In this document: positions 40,126 through 51,800 of the stretch, piece by piece
How positions within the stretch are numbered: the first letter of the stretch is position 1
Layout: each line of letters starts with the position of its first letter
Source of the DNA: an uncultured Planctomycetaceae bacterium
GTDB taxonomy: Bacteria > Planctomycetota > Planctomycetia > Pirellulales > PALSA-1355
DNA: 64,000 nt
Direction: 5' to 3'
NCBI GenBank assembly: GCA_963785305.1
Contig: CAWAUV010000008.1
Coordinates: 256,001 to 320,000 of the forward strand
Translations under genes and position numbers: made by a program
The notes under the pieces: model-generated
The model's database searches: none
What the model saw: the letters and a program-made list of their open reading frames with translations, nothing else
Told to the model about the DNA's origin: nothing

Positions 40126-40622
40126 TTGGGGCTCCCTTGCCCGCCGAGGCGGAAGAAGTAATAGCCGTTGCAGTGGGCGCCGGTGATCTTCTTGGCCACG
40201 GCGCTGAGCGACTTGTAGACCTGGCCCTCGAACTCGAATCCCTTGGGCAGGACACGGACTTCCAGCGTTTGGTCCTTGTACCGCCGGGTGATGACCGCGC
40301 CCGGCATGGGTAGGCGATCATCGCCAGCCACGGCGAGCGTCGTCGTTGCGACGCGCTGCGCGGGCGCCGCGGCGCGGACGGTTGCCTTGGGGGCGGAGGA
40401 ACGCAGGTCCGCGTCGTTAGCCAGTTCGGAGGCCCGCTGGCGGGCGCGGTCCGACAGGTCGCCTTCGGCCTGCGCCTGTATTCGCCAGATGATCCGGCGC
40501 ACGAGCCACTGCTTATGGCGGGCGTTCGTTTCTTCGCCGAACACTTCGGCGTGCTTGGCCCGCAGTTCGCTGACGCTCATCCGCTGGAGCGCGGCGAGCT
40601 CCTTGCCCACGTTCAGTTCCAT
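40122..40622 (-). CDS. DUF2924 domain protein
   Basis: W.IQ..AEG.LS, PG..ITR.YK, YKSLSAVAKKITGAHCNG..FF.L; overlaps recombinase start. Confidence 0.88.
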   Translation of the reverse strand: MELNVGKELAALQRMSVSELRAKHAEVFGEETNARHKQWLVRRIIWRIQAQAEGDLSDRARQRASELANDADLRSSAPKATVRAAAPAQRVATTTLAVAGDDRLPMPGAVITRRYKDQTLEVRVLPKGFEFEGQVYKSLSAVAKKITGAHCNGYYFFRLGGQGSPK

Positions 40623-40858
40623 GCGTCTCTCCTTGGTTTGAGTTCTCGAAAACCGTTAACCCAGGTGGACACTGAGCACGGTTTTGGCGGGAACCTCAAG
40701 GCATGTCGGCCAGGATTCCGGCGAGATTTCCGGGGCGGGATCGGCGGCCGGGAGCGCCGCTCGGCGCGGAGGCGTAGAACGCCGGCCGCGAAAATGCCGG
40801 CCACTTCGGAGAGACGCTCGTCGGGCGTCAGGAAGGTCGGATCGTCGATCGGTCGCAT
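40613..40858 (-). CDS. Small hypothetical protein upstream of DUF2924
   Basis: MRPIDDPTFLTPDERLSEVAGIFAAGVLRL; 3' end uncertain. Confidence 0.45.
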   Translation of the reverse strand: MRPIDDPTFLTPDERLSEVAGIFAAGVLRLRAERRSRPPIPPRKSRRNPGRHALRFPPKPCSVSTWVNGFRELKPRRDAWN

Positions 40859-41581
40859 GGGGCATCTCGCTTTCCGCAAAATTGCAGTGGAGTGGCCCAC
40901 AGCGACCTTCGCTTGGCGACGGGCGCGCTGTCTGGCGGGAGCATTCGGCATCGCGAGCAGTGCGCGATGCCTCTCTCTGTTAACCTACCCGGCGCGAGTT
41001 CGAGATGACGAAACGAGGGTCCGAAAGGGAACGGCTTGTTAACTCCGAGAGGGTTGTTAACCAGAGATTTGGAGAGTTTTGGATCGAGATTCGAGGGTCC
41101 GAAAGGAACCTTGGGGGTTCCCTTCGGACCCCGATTGATCTCTCTCGAAACGGAGATCGCCGGGAGCGGCGGCGGAGTCGTCGCAAACCCTTGCGGCAAA
41201 AGGCCAGAAACGCGAAACGCCCGACCGCCGATTTCTCGGCGTCGGGCGTTAACGGGCGGGCCGGTCGGTTTCGCGACCGGCGAAATAGCTCCCCGAAAGG
41301 AACCCTGCTCGAAACGAGGCGCGCCACCACGGAGTTACACAAGCAGCACCTCGTCCGCCAGAATCTGCCGACTCGCCGTGATGAAATCATGCAGCGCAAT
41401 CATGACGCCCCCTCGCTCGTCGGTTTGCGGGCGACTCCAGCCGCGATCTCAATTCGCTTATCGCCCGCACTCGATCACTACTTCTCAGTTCTCGCGGTGA
41501 GTTCTCCGGCCACTTTCGCATAAACGGGCCGATCCGAACATCTGGCGGTTGGATGTCGAGCGACTTGAAATCGGCCATCCT

Positions 41582-42778
41582 TCATTGCCTCGACGCACCC
41601 GCGAGGCGTTCTAAATCATCCGCCAGTTCTCGCAAGGTGGCGGCGGAGTCGTGGGTGGCGTACTTCTCGGCGAAGCCCCGGGCGGCTTCGCCATATGTGG
41701 GCGACGCGAGCACTTGTCGCAGTTTCGTTTCCACGGCCGTTGGGTTGCCTGGGTCGGCGAGGTCCGCAAAACCTTCCTGACGCGCTCGGCGAGCTTGCAT
41801 GAGCTGTTCCCAGTAGAGCGGTAGCAGGAAGGAGGGCTTGCCGGCGAGCAGCATCGCGGCGAGCGTTCCGTGCCCGCCGTTAAGAATCGCCAAGTCGCAC
41901 TCGGCCGCGGCTTGGCAAATGTCGAGCGGCTCGCGATGGAAATGCAAGTTCACGGTAGCATGACGCCGCTCGAGCGCGGGATCGAAGCGATCGAGATAAG
42001 CCACCGTCGGAAAGCGCCATGTGGCCAAGCATTGCAGCAGGGCCCCGAGCGCGGGAAATGGCTTCAGGTAAACGAAAATCCGCTTGCCATCGCCGGGCGG
42101 CCAGCGAAACGGCTTGCCGAACGCGTCGGGCTGACATCCATAATAGCGAATCTCCGATCGCGGCCCGAAATGGTCGAGCTCCGGGTACGTGCAAAGTAGC
42201 GTGGCATCGACCTGACGATAAAGATCGGCAAGGCTTTCCAGTGGCGGCTGGCCACGGGCCAAGAGTAATTGGCGCGCATTTCCGAGGGCCCTTCCGTCGG
42301 CGGCGGGGTCCGGCGGATTGGCCGACGCCTGGGCACGCAGGCGAGGCAAATCCGGCTCGGTCGTTGGACACGAAAACCCGACCCCGATCACGACGCGGCG
42401 AAACTCATGCTCTCGGGCCGCGAGCAGCGCCATGGGGCTATGTTCGAAGAGCACGACGTCCGGTTTTGTCGCTTGAAAGATCGATCGCCAAGCCGCGGCG
42501 CCGATCGAAAGCCGCTCGTAGTCGCCGAAACCGACGTTCGCCAGCATCTGCCCAAACGTCTCGGGCTTGTCCATTCCCGGCGCCTGCCGCGGCAGTGAAA
42601 AGGGCGCCTGCCAATACGACACGTCGACATCGCCGAACACCCGGCCGGCATGCGTCAGATCTCGCAGGGCCAAGTCGACCCGATGCCCGCGACGAACGAG
42701 CTCGCCGACGACCGGCTTGAGTCCGCCGAGGTGCCCCAGTCCGCCGCCCAGTTCCCAAGTCACGAGGAATTTCGCCAT
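41582..42778 (-). CDS. GT-B glycosyltransferase (GT1/GT28-like)
   Basis: WELGGGLGH N-terminus, CDLAILNGGHGT..MLLAGKP...P...EQ nucleotide-sugar-binding motif. Confidence 0.85.
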   Translation of the reverse strand: MAKFLVTWELGGGLGHLGGLKPVVGELVRRGHRVDLALRDLTHAGRVFGDVDVSYWQAPFSLPRQAPGMDKPETFGQMLANVGFGDYERLSIGAAAWRSIFQATKPDVVLFEHSPMALLAAREHEFRRVVIGVGFSCPTTEPDLPRLRAQASANPPDPAADGRALGNARQLLLARGQPPLESLADLYRQVDATLLCTYPELDHFGPRSEIRYYGCQPDAFGKPFRWPPGDGKRIFVYLKPFPALGALLQCLATWRFPTVAYLDRFDPALERRHATVNLHFHREPLDICQAAAECDLAILNGGHGTLAAMLLAGKPSFLLPLYWEQLMQARRARQEGFADLADPGNPTAVETKLRQVLASPTYGEAARGFAEKYATHDSAATLRELADDLERLAGASRQ

Positions 42779-43399
42779 CGGCGTTCACGGCTGGAGAGGG
42801 GTCGGGCGGCAAAGAAGAAGTGGGCATCAATTTGCTGGTTGCGATGATCACCAATCATTGCAACCAGGACTCTGTTCGCAAGGCGCGTAGCGAAGTTTTG
42901 AGACCAGAGCACGATGCCGGCGTCGCTAGTGGCGCTTGACGTTTCAGAGCGCACGCTCCGAGCGTTCGTTATAACGCTAGCCGGACTGCTCATCGCCGTC
43001 TAAATCGCCACCTACCTCGCCTGCAACATCCGCCGCTAATTTCGATTTTCCATAATCGAACCGCTTCCCGCCCGTGCCGCAGCATCCACCCGCTCGCTAA
43101 GGCGCCGGCGTCCCGAGGCGCAATCGAATTGGCCGGTCGTCCGCTTCCTCGCAATCGAAAAACGGCAAACGCTTATCCTAATTGTCCCGCCTTCGCTCCA
43201 TCGATCCCGCGCCAATTCAAGCAGTCGTGCCGTCGCCTCCACCACTCCGCCAGCGCGTCTTTCTCGAATTACTCGCGCTTTCAGCGGTTCAGGAGGCAAG
43301 GATCTGGAGGCTGCTGGCGGGGACGCTATAATTTTCCGAGACTCGTGGCCATTCCGTTTTGCATATCGCTTCGATCCATCCCTCGATTCCTCCGCTGCC

Positions 43400-46300
43400 A
43401 TGCTTGCTGAGATTCTCGAAAAGGCTCGATCGCATTATCGCGCCGGCCGGTTGCCGCGGGCCGAGCGCCTGCCGGCAGATTCTCGATCAGGACCGAAATT
43501 TTCCGCAGGCTTGGTTTTTGCTGGGCCTCGTCGCCTATCAGGCAGGCAAGGATGACGAGGCGATTAGAGCCTTTCGCGAGACGATCGAGCGCCAGCCGTC
43601 GTACGCCGACGCGCATAACAACATCGGCATTTGTCTTGCCCGCCAAGGGAAGCTTGCTGACGCGGCGGAGAGCTTCCGCCGCGCTTTACAAGAGCGAGAG
43701 AACTATCCCGAGGCCGAAAACAACCTCGCCAACACCTTGCGGGACCAAGGCGAGGTGGATGCGGCGATCGAGCATTACCGCGCAGCGATCCGCAAGAATG
43801 CGCAGTACGCCGACGCGCACAACAACCTGGGTATCGCCCACGCGCGGCGGAGCGAATGGACCGAGGCCGAAGCCTCTTATCGAGAGTCCTTGCGGTTGCG
43901 TCCCGATCATGCGGAAGCCCAAAACAACCTCGGCGCCGCCTTGGCCGGACAAAGACGATTCGACGAGGCCTCCGCGGCGTTTGAGCAAGCGTTGCGTCTG
44001 AAGCCAGCCTACGCGGATGCTCATGGCAATCTGGGATTGGCATTGGCCGAGCAAGGGCAATGGCCCGCCGCGGTTGCGGCATTTCGCCGGGCGGTGCAGC
44101 TTGCGCCGCGCGTGGCGCAATTGCATTTGCAGTTGGGGCGGGCCCTGGTCGAGCACGGCAGCCTTGAAGAAGCAGCCGAAGCGTTTCGGCAAGCGGTGAG
44201 CATCGATCCTCGCTTGGTGGATGCGCATCGACGCTTAGCAGCCTTGCTCGAACGGATTGGCGATCTGGTCGGCGCCACGGAAGCGCTCGAACGCTTGGTG
44301 CAATTGGAGCCCAAATCGGCAAGAGCCCATCACCGACTGGGAAGAGTGCTGACGGCGCAGCGGCGTTTTCGGCAAGCCGCACGGCATTTCGACCGTGCGG
44401 TGGCGATCGAGCCGAATTCCTCGGCAACGCATGTCGACCGGGCGCATTTAAGACTGATTACGGGCAACTTTGCCGAGGGCTGGGGCGATGTCACTTGGCG
44501 CTGGAAGCAGCCGGGAATGTCGCCGCGGGTGGCCCAGCCGCGTTGGACCGGTGAGCCGCTGACCGATCGGAAATTGCTGCTATGCTGCGATGCGGATCCG
44601 TCGGATACGTTCCTATTTGCCAGTTATGCACGGCGCGTCAAGCAGAGCGGCGCGGCGGTATACGCGCAGGCGCCGCGGCCGATAGCGCGACTCTTGGAGA
44701 GCTGTTCTTTTATTGATCGCGTCTTTGCAGACGACGAATGGCCGCCGGAGTTCGACTACTACGAGTCTTTTCTGGGATTGCCGGGCTTGTTCGGCACGAC
44801 TCTGGCCACGATCCCGCCGGACGAGCCGTATTTTATTGCGGATGCGGAGCGGATTGCGAGGTGGCGCGATGAACTGAGCTATCTGCGCGTTTCGCATCGG
44901 CATCCAGTGGCAAGCAGACATAGACGATCGTCGCTCGATTCCACTGGCCCATTTTGCGCCACTGGCAGCGCTGCCGAACGTGCATCTGGTAAGCCTTGAA
45001 CGAGGGAAAGCCCGGGAGCAGTTGGCCGAAGCACCGTTCGCGGTTACCGATTTAGGCGCGCGTTTGGACGATGCCGACGGCATTTGGCAAGATTTGGCGG
45101 CGGTGGTCAATAACCTGGACTTGGTGATCACGGCCGATACGGCCTTGGCCCAATTGGCGGCGGGGCTGGGATCGCCGGCTTGGGTGGCATTGCCGTATGC
45201 GGCTCATTGGCGCTGGCTGCTACATCGGGACGATAGCCCTTGGCGCCGGTCGCTGCGGCTCTTTCGACAGCCGGAACCGGACGATTGGGCGCCGGTGTTC
45301 GATCGCATGGCAGCGACCTTGCAAGAGAAACTCGCCGCCGCCAGTGACCAGCAGCCGAGTGAACTTGGCCTGACTCCGCCGAGCGCGGTGCAGCTAAACG
45401 GCATCGGCGTGCGGCTGGCCGAAAGGGGACGGCTCGATGAAGCCATTTCCAGCTTTCGCCAAGCCTTGGCCATCCGCCCCGACTTGGCCGAGGCGCAGAA
45501 TAATCTGGGCAATGCGCTGCAAAACCAAGGCTTGATCGAGGAGGCGATCGAGCATCTCCGCGAAGCCGTGCGGCTACGGGATCAATATCCGGAAGCCCAC
45601 AATAACCTAGGCATCGCGCTCTGTAAGCACCGTCGCTTCGATGAGGCTGAAACGTCGTACCGACGAGCCATCGAACTGCGGCCCGAATTCGCCCAAGCCC
45701 ATCAGAATCTCGGCCTGTCGTTGGTCGATCGCCGCAAGTTTGCCGAAGGAGAACCCTGCTTTCGCAGAGCGATCGAACTCGATCCCCAGTTGGCGGTGCG
45801 GCATGCGAGTTTGGGGCATGCCGTCGCCGACCAAGGTCGCCTTGAAGAAGCGCTACCGTGCCTGGAAAAAGCAATAAGTCTCGCGCCGAACAAACCGGAG
45901 TTTCACAACGGGCTGGGCAATGTGCTCCGCGAGCTCAAAAAGTACGACGAAGCGGTTCGGAGTTTCGAAAAAGCCATCGAACTGCGGCCGCAGCATGCTG
46001 ACGCGCACAACAACTTGGGCATCACGCGAGCCCGCAAGAGCGAGTTCGAACAAGCGGTGCAACACTATCGCGAAGCGATCCGGTTGCGACCCAAGTTCGC
46101 CGGCGCCCACAATAATCTCGGGATTGCGCTAGCGCAGCAAAACCAGCGAGCTGAGGCGATCGCCAGTTATCGGCAAGCGATTCGCTTGAAGCCCGACTAT
46201 GCCGAAGCGCACAACAATCTGGCGATCGTGCTGACGCAAGAGGCCAACTTCGATGAAGCGCTGGTCATGTACCGCAAAGTGCTCGAGCTCAAGCAAAATT

Positions 46301-47761
46301 ACCCGGAGGCCCATAGCAATGTGGGCATCGCGCTCACCGAGTTCGGCCAGCTTGACGCCGCGCTCGCCGAGTTTGACAAGGCAATCGGCGCTCCGGAGCG
46401 ATTATCCGGACGCGCATATGAATCGAGCGCTAACTCGATTGCTTATCGGGGATTTTTGCGCGGGGCTGGGAAGACTACGAATGGCGATGGAAATGCAAGG
46501 ACTTTCAATCTCGCAACTTCAAGCAGCCGCAGTGGAACGGCGAGCCGCTTGAGGGCCGGCGAATTCTATTGCATACCGAGCAAGGCCTCGGCGACACCTT
46601 TCAATTTATCCGCTACGCCGCGCAGGTGAAGGAACGGGGAGGCCGAGTGCTGGTGCGAGCACCCAGGCCGCTCATGAAGATATTGACGCTATCGCCAATG
46701 ATCGACGGCGTCTGTCTCGAAGGAGGCGAACTGCCGGAGTTCGATTTGCATATTCCGCTATTGAGCTTGCCCCGCATCTTTGGGACGCGGCTTGATAGCG
46801 TGCCAGCTTCCTCGCCATATCTTTTCGCTGATCCGGAATTGATTGCCCGCTGGCGGGAAGAGCTTGGTTACATTGATGCGTTCAAGGTGGGGATCAACTG
46901 GCAGGGCAATCCCAAGTACCGTGGCGACAGGCGCCGTTCGATTGCGCTCGCCCACTTTGCGCCCCTGGCGGCGGTGAAAGGCGCGAGGCTGGTCAGTTTG
47001 CAGCGGAATCATGGCGTGGAACAAATCAAGGAAGCCCGTTTCAGCGTCACGGAATTGGGTGGCCAGATCGATGACGCGTCGGGTCCATTCATGGACACCG
47101 CCGCCGCGATGATGAACCTTGACTTGTTCATTACTTCCGATACGGCGCTGGCGCATTTGGCAGTGCGCTGGGAGCGCCCGTGTGGCTCGCGATTCCCCAC
47201 GCTCCTGATTGGCGATGGCTGCTCGAACGGTCGGATTCTCCCTGGTATCCCTCGATGCGCATCTTTCGCCAAGCGGAGTTCGACAATTGGGCGCCGGTAT
47301 TCGAGCGCATGGCGGTTGAGCTACAAAAGCTTGTCGCCCGAAAGCGGCGCGACCGATTTGAAACGCGGCTCGACGCGGGCGAGCTCGTTGATCGCTTGGC
47401 GAGGAAAAGCGTGGTAGCGCGAATCGAGGCTAATGAACTTGGCGCGAACGTCCACGACAAGGACCGCGAACTTGCGCGTCTCGAGCGGCAGTTTTCGAAT
47501 CTCGGCTCCGACCCGCAACTTTTCGCGCGGCGTGACGAGCTTGAAACGATACACGAGCAGTTACAAAAGGCGCGGCGGGCGGCCCGGGACCCTGCAACCG
47601 GCGTCGGCGAGACGACGCTTGTCGCGTCGGCGATCGTGGCCCTGCGAGCCGAAACGCGGCGCGAGGCGGTGATCGAAGAGATCGATCGCTGGTTCGAGAC
47701 TGCGCGGCGGAGGGCAAGAAGCCGCCGCGCGATAAAAGCAGACCGGGTTGCGCGGTGTTGA
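43400..47761 (+). CDS. Large TPR-GT-TPR-GT (GT9-like) fusion with C-terminal DUF6165-like helix; about four indels (~43465, ~44900, ~46390, ~47165)
   Basis: Many AHNNLG TPRs; two GT modules (EQGLGDTFQFIRY, IGINWQGNP, LDLVITADTA.A.LA..LG, WRWL..R.DSPWY); tail LDAGELVDRL. Confidence 0.82.
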
Positions 47762-47912
47762 ATGTAGCACTGGCGGCCAGCGAAAGGCTAAATCGGTCGT
47801 TCGTTGCCGCGCGACCGTCTCTCACGGAATCCAGGCGCAAGATGCAAATTATTGGGTGCGCATCGTATCACGAGCGATTGATCTTATGACGGACGCCGCG
47901 CCGGATTGGCTC

Positions 47913-48359
47913 TTATTGCGGCGATAGAGTGTGGGTGGCATATTGCTTGGTCTCGACGATCCATGAGCCGACTAGTTCGTTGATTTGACGTTTCAGTTCA
48001 AATCGCCGGTCGTTGGTCCGGTACACATCGCGCGCCAATTGGATGAAACGGGGTCCGAAATCCCGCAATCGCTCCTGTTCGCGAATTGCGTCTTCGATCT
48101 CCCAAAGGGCGAAATTCACTTCAGCAATCGCCGCCGCGAGGGCCTTAAGCTCAGGCGATGCCGGCAACGCCCGGTCTCGCGTCTCTTGCAAAGATGCGAG
48201 CTCCCGCTGCACATGGGACCGTTTCCGCGGGTCGACGATTTTGCGATTCTTGATTTCCAGGATCGAAATTTTGTCGATCAGTTCGCCCGCCGAGATTTCG
48301 ACGGCAAGCGTCAAAGATCGGGACGAAATCGGGCGATTTGTTGATGTTTCCGTCGACAT
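47913..48359 (-). CDS. DUF6165 family protein
   Basis: EISAGELIDKISILEIK, LWEIEDAIR, FIQLARDVY.TND.R...K..IN. Confidence 0.8.
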   Translation of the reverse strand: MSTETSTNRPISSRSLTLAVEISAGELIDKISILEIKNRKIVDPRKRSHVQRELASLQETRDRALPASPELKALAAAIAEVNFALWEIEDAIREQERLRDFGPRFIQLARDVYRTNDRRFELKRQINELVGSWIVETKQYATHTLSPQ

Positions 48360-48833
48360 GATGTTTTGGAAGGGCGGTCGGATTATCGCCAGATTCGCCT
48401 AGAAACGTGTGTTTCGAGCGGCGAAACGTATTGGATTGGATTGGACCAAGGTAACGAAGCACAAGCGGATTGTACCCAACCGCCGGTTTTTTCCAAACTT
48501 GCATGTTCACTCGATAAATCTTTTGTCTCGGAAATCCGCACGACAGATGGACTTGAGGGGACGTCGAACCGCGAAAGAAAAAAAACTTTTTATCGCATAG
48601 TTGAAATCCGCAATATGGCTGTTATATTGCTTCGCGGCGTGGTGCGGCCCGTTGTGCTTCGAGCCCCCCAAATGGTTTCGCTCTCTTTCTTTTCTTTCAC
48701 CGAGTCTTGCTCTCCCTTTCAGAAATAAGCGGCAAGACCGTTTGGGTTCGTGCTGTGCGCATAGTGCGCGCCGACCGACGAATTCGACGCGATCGAGCAC
48801 GGAAATTGATGTCCTCGTAATTGGAGCGACTCG

Positions 48834-51800
48834 ATGAAACTGCCTCCGCAATCTTGGAAGCGGACCTGGGAATCGTTGGGATTCGTTCGGAAAAAACGGA
48901 GTCATCGTCGCGAAGCACGGCGGCATCAAATCGAGTCTCTCGAGGTCAGGCAATTTCTACACGCGGCGCCCGTTTTGGCGGCGACCTCGTTGGTCGAAAC
49001 GCTCCCGGCGGGGGTGGCCCCGGCGACGAACAGCGGCATCGCCGTGTCAGCTCTCGTTGGCGGCGAGACGGTCGACACCGGCGGCTCGCCAGGCATCGCC
49101 ATCACGGCGGTCGATGTATCCCAGGGCGCGGTGCAATTCAGCGTCGATGGCGGGAGCACTTGGGCCACGATCAGCGGCGTCTCCGACAGCAATGCGCTTT
49201 TGCTGAGTGCCGATTCGAATGGTCTCGACCTTGTGCGCGTCGACGTCAACGCGTCTGGAACCCAGGCGCCGTTCAATATCTCCGACGCGATCACCTTCCG
49301 CGCTTGGGACCAAACCCAAGACGCGGGCGACAACGGGCTTTACGAAGACGCCAGCGCCAACGGCGGCTCGACGGCTTTCAGCTCCGCGACCGACGTCATG
49401 GCTGCCACGCTTTTGAGCGCGGGACCGAGCATCTCGGAGCCCGGCTCCCAATCCATGAACGTCGACGATGCGTTGACGTTTTCCGGCGATAATGGCAACT
49501 CGATCACCGTCACGGACGCCGACGCCGCGACGATGAGCCTGACCTTGTCGGTCGGCAGTGGGACTCTGAATGCTCCAAACGCGGGCAGCATTTCCGTGAG
49601 CGGCGCGGGAACGGCCACGCTCGTTCTGTCGGGAGCGCCCACGGACGTCAGCAACGCGCTTGACGGGCTTACCTACACGCCGGACTCTGGGTTTGTCGGC
49701 TCCGACACGTTGACGATCACGGCCGACGATGATGCGAGTTCGGGAGATGGCGTCGATCACACGGCATCGGCGCAAGTTGCGTTGAGCGTGCAGAACTCTC
49801 CGCCATCGATTTCCGCGCCGTATTCCGTTTCTTTCGAAAGCAATGCTTCGATTTACTTCGGCACGGAATACGGCGATCCGGTCGTGGCCTATGATCCCGA
49901 CGGCGAAAACCTGGAACTGTCGCTTTCGACCAGCTACGACCCGATCTACTTAGGCACTTCGGACGCCGTATCGATCGTTTCGGGCTCCAATGGCTCGAAT
50001 TCACTGACGATCGACGGCAACGCCGCCGCGATCAACTCCGCGCTTGAGGGCATGGCGATCATTGGAGAACCGGGGGAAGATGACACGCTCTGGCTATCGC
50101 TCTATGAACTGGGCGGACCCAGCCAGACGGCTTCGACCAGCGTGGCGATCGACTATTATCCTCCGCAGCCGCCGAGCATCTCCGCGCCGAGTTCGGAATC
50201 CGCCGGCTATGGCGGCGAGGTCGTCTTCAGCAATGCCGACGGGGATCCGATTTCGGTTTCGAGCCCTGACAACGGCTATCTTACGTTGACGCTATCCACG
50301 AGCTCCGATTTGATCACGCTCGCCAACGAGTCCGATATCAACTTCATATCTGGCTACGATAATTCCACCGATTTTGTGATCGAGGGCGACGCCAGTCAAA
50401 TCAATGGGGCACTCGACGGCATGTCCGTGTACTACACGGAAGACGGCGACGACACGCTATGGCTTTCGGTGAATGAAGAGAGCCAGACCGCGTCGACGAG
50501 CGTGGCCCTCGATTATGCGCCGTCATCGCCGCCGAGCATTTCCGCGCCGAGTTCGGAATCCGTCAGTTATGGCGGTGAGGTTGTTTTCAGCAATGCGGAC
50601 GGCGATCCCGTTTCGATATCGAGCCCCGACGGCGGCTATTTGACGCTCGTGCTTTCCACCGGTTCCGAGCCGATCTACCTAGCCAATTCCGGAATCAATA
50701 TGGTGGACGGCTATCAAGGCAGCAACTTCGTCGAAGTGGAAGGATATGCCAGCGACATCGACTCCGCCCTCGACGGCATGTATTTGCAAAACTGGCAGGC
50801 CAGCGGCGACATCCTGTCGCTCTCGCTGTATGAATACGACGGCTCCTATGAATCGGCTTCGGCGAGCGTGGCCATCGACTATTCAGGCGGCGATTACGGC
50901 TCGTACGGCGGTCCGACTATTTCGACGAATTACTCGCTCTCGTTCACGGGCGACGAGCCTTCCGGTTTTTGCGGAGGCAGCGTCTACGATCCTAACGAGG
51001 TCGATCTGGAAATGACGATCTCCGTCGATCAAGGAACGCTCAACGCAGGTGGTGGCTGGGCGGGAATGGTTTCTGGGCTTGGCTCGAACACGCTCACCAT
51101 CAATTCCGACCAGAACACGATCAACTCGCTCTTGAACGATCTGACCTACGCGCCCAACCCCGGTTTTTTCGGCACGGCAAACCTGACACTGTCCGTCAGC
51201 GAGGATGGCGGCGACTGGGAAAGCGCGTCCGCCAACATGCCGATGTATGTCAGCGAGCCGCCGGCGCCGTCGCTCGAGGGCGTCTCGAACTATTGGGCGG
51301 ATGATAATGTCCCGTTGAGTTTTAGCGCGATGGGACAAGACGGCGGGTATTCGTCGCTCACTTATTCGTTGACTGATGAAAGCATGGGCGAAGATGGCGC
51401 GAGCGTCGATCCCCAGTCCGGTCTATTCGCTTGGACGCCCGACGTCGCGCCGGGTAGCTATGATTTCGTGCTCACCGCGACCGACGGCTACGGCCAGAGC
51501 GCGTCACAATGGTTTGAAATCGATGTGCAAGCAGTCGCTCCCGAGCTTGCGCCCATTGACTCCAGGACCATAAGCGAGGGAGCCATTGTCTCCTTTCCGG
51601 TCCAAGCCACGGATCCCGAGGGCGATTATGAAGCGGGGCTCAACTATAGTTTGGGCGAGACGCCCGCGGGCGCGTCGATCGATCCAAACAGCGGTCAATT
51701 CACTTGGTCCTCGAACGCGGCTCCTCCGGGCATGTATGCCTTCACCGTGGTGGTGTCGAACGATTGGGGCGAGTCGGCCGCCGAGACCTTCTACATCACC

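Larger units (their letters stand above)
16827..41300. mobile_element. tRNA-Leu-associated genomic island (toxin cassettes, IS remnants, tyrosine and serine recombinases, TA)
   Basis: Abrupt switch from housekeeping to accessory content right after the tRNA; AT-richer patches; recombinases. Right boundary is approximate. Confidence 0.7.

Noticed and set aside
16800..41600. attR duplication of the tRNA-Leu 3' end
   Set aside because: I found no second copy of GGTTCGATTCCTGTCTCTCGCA by eye; the right island border remains approximate.
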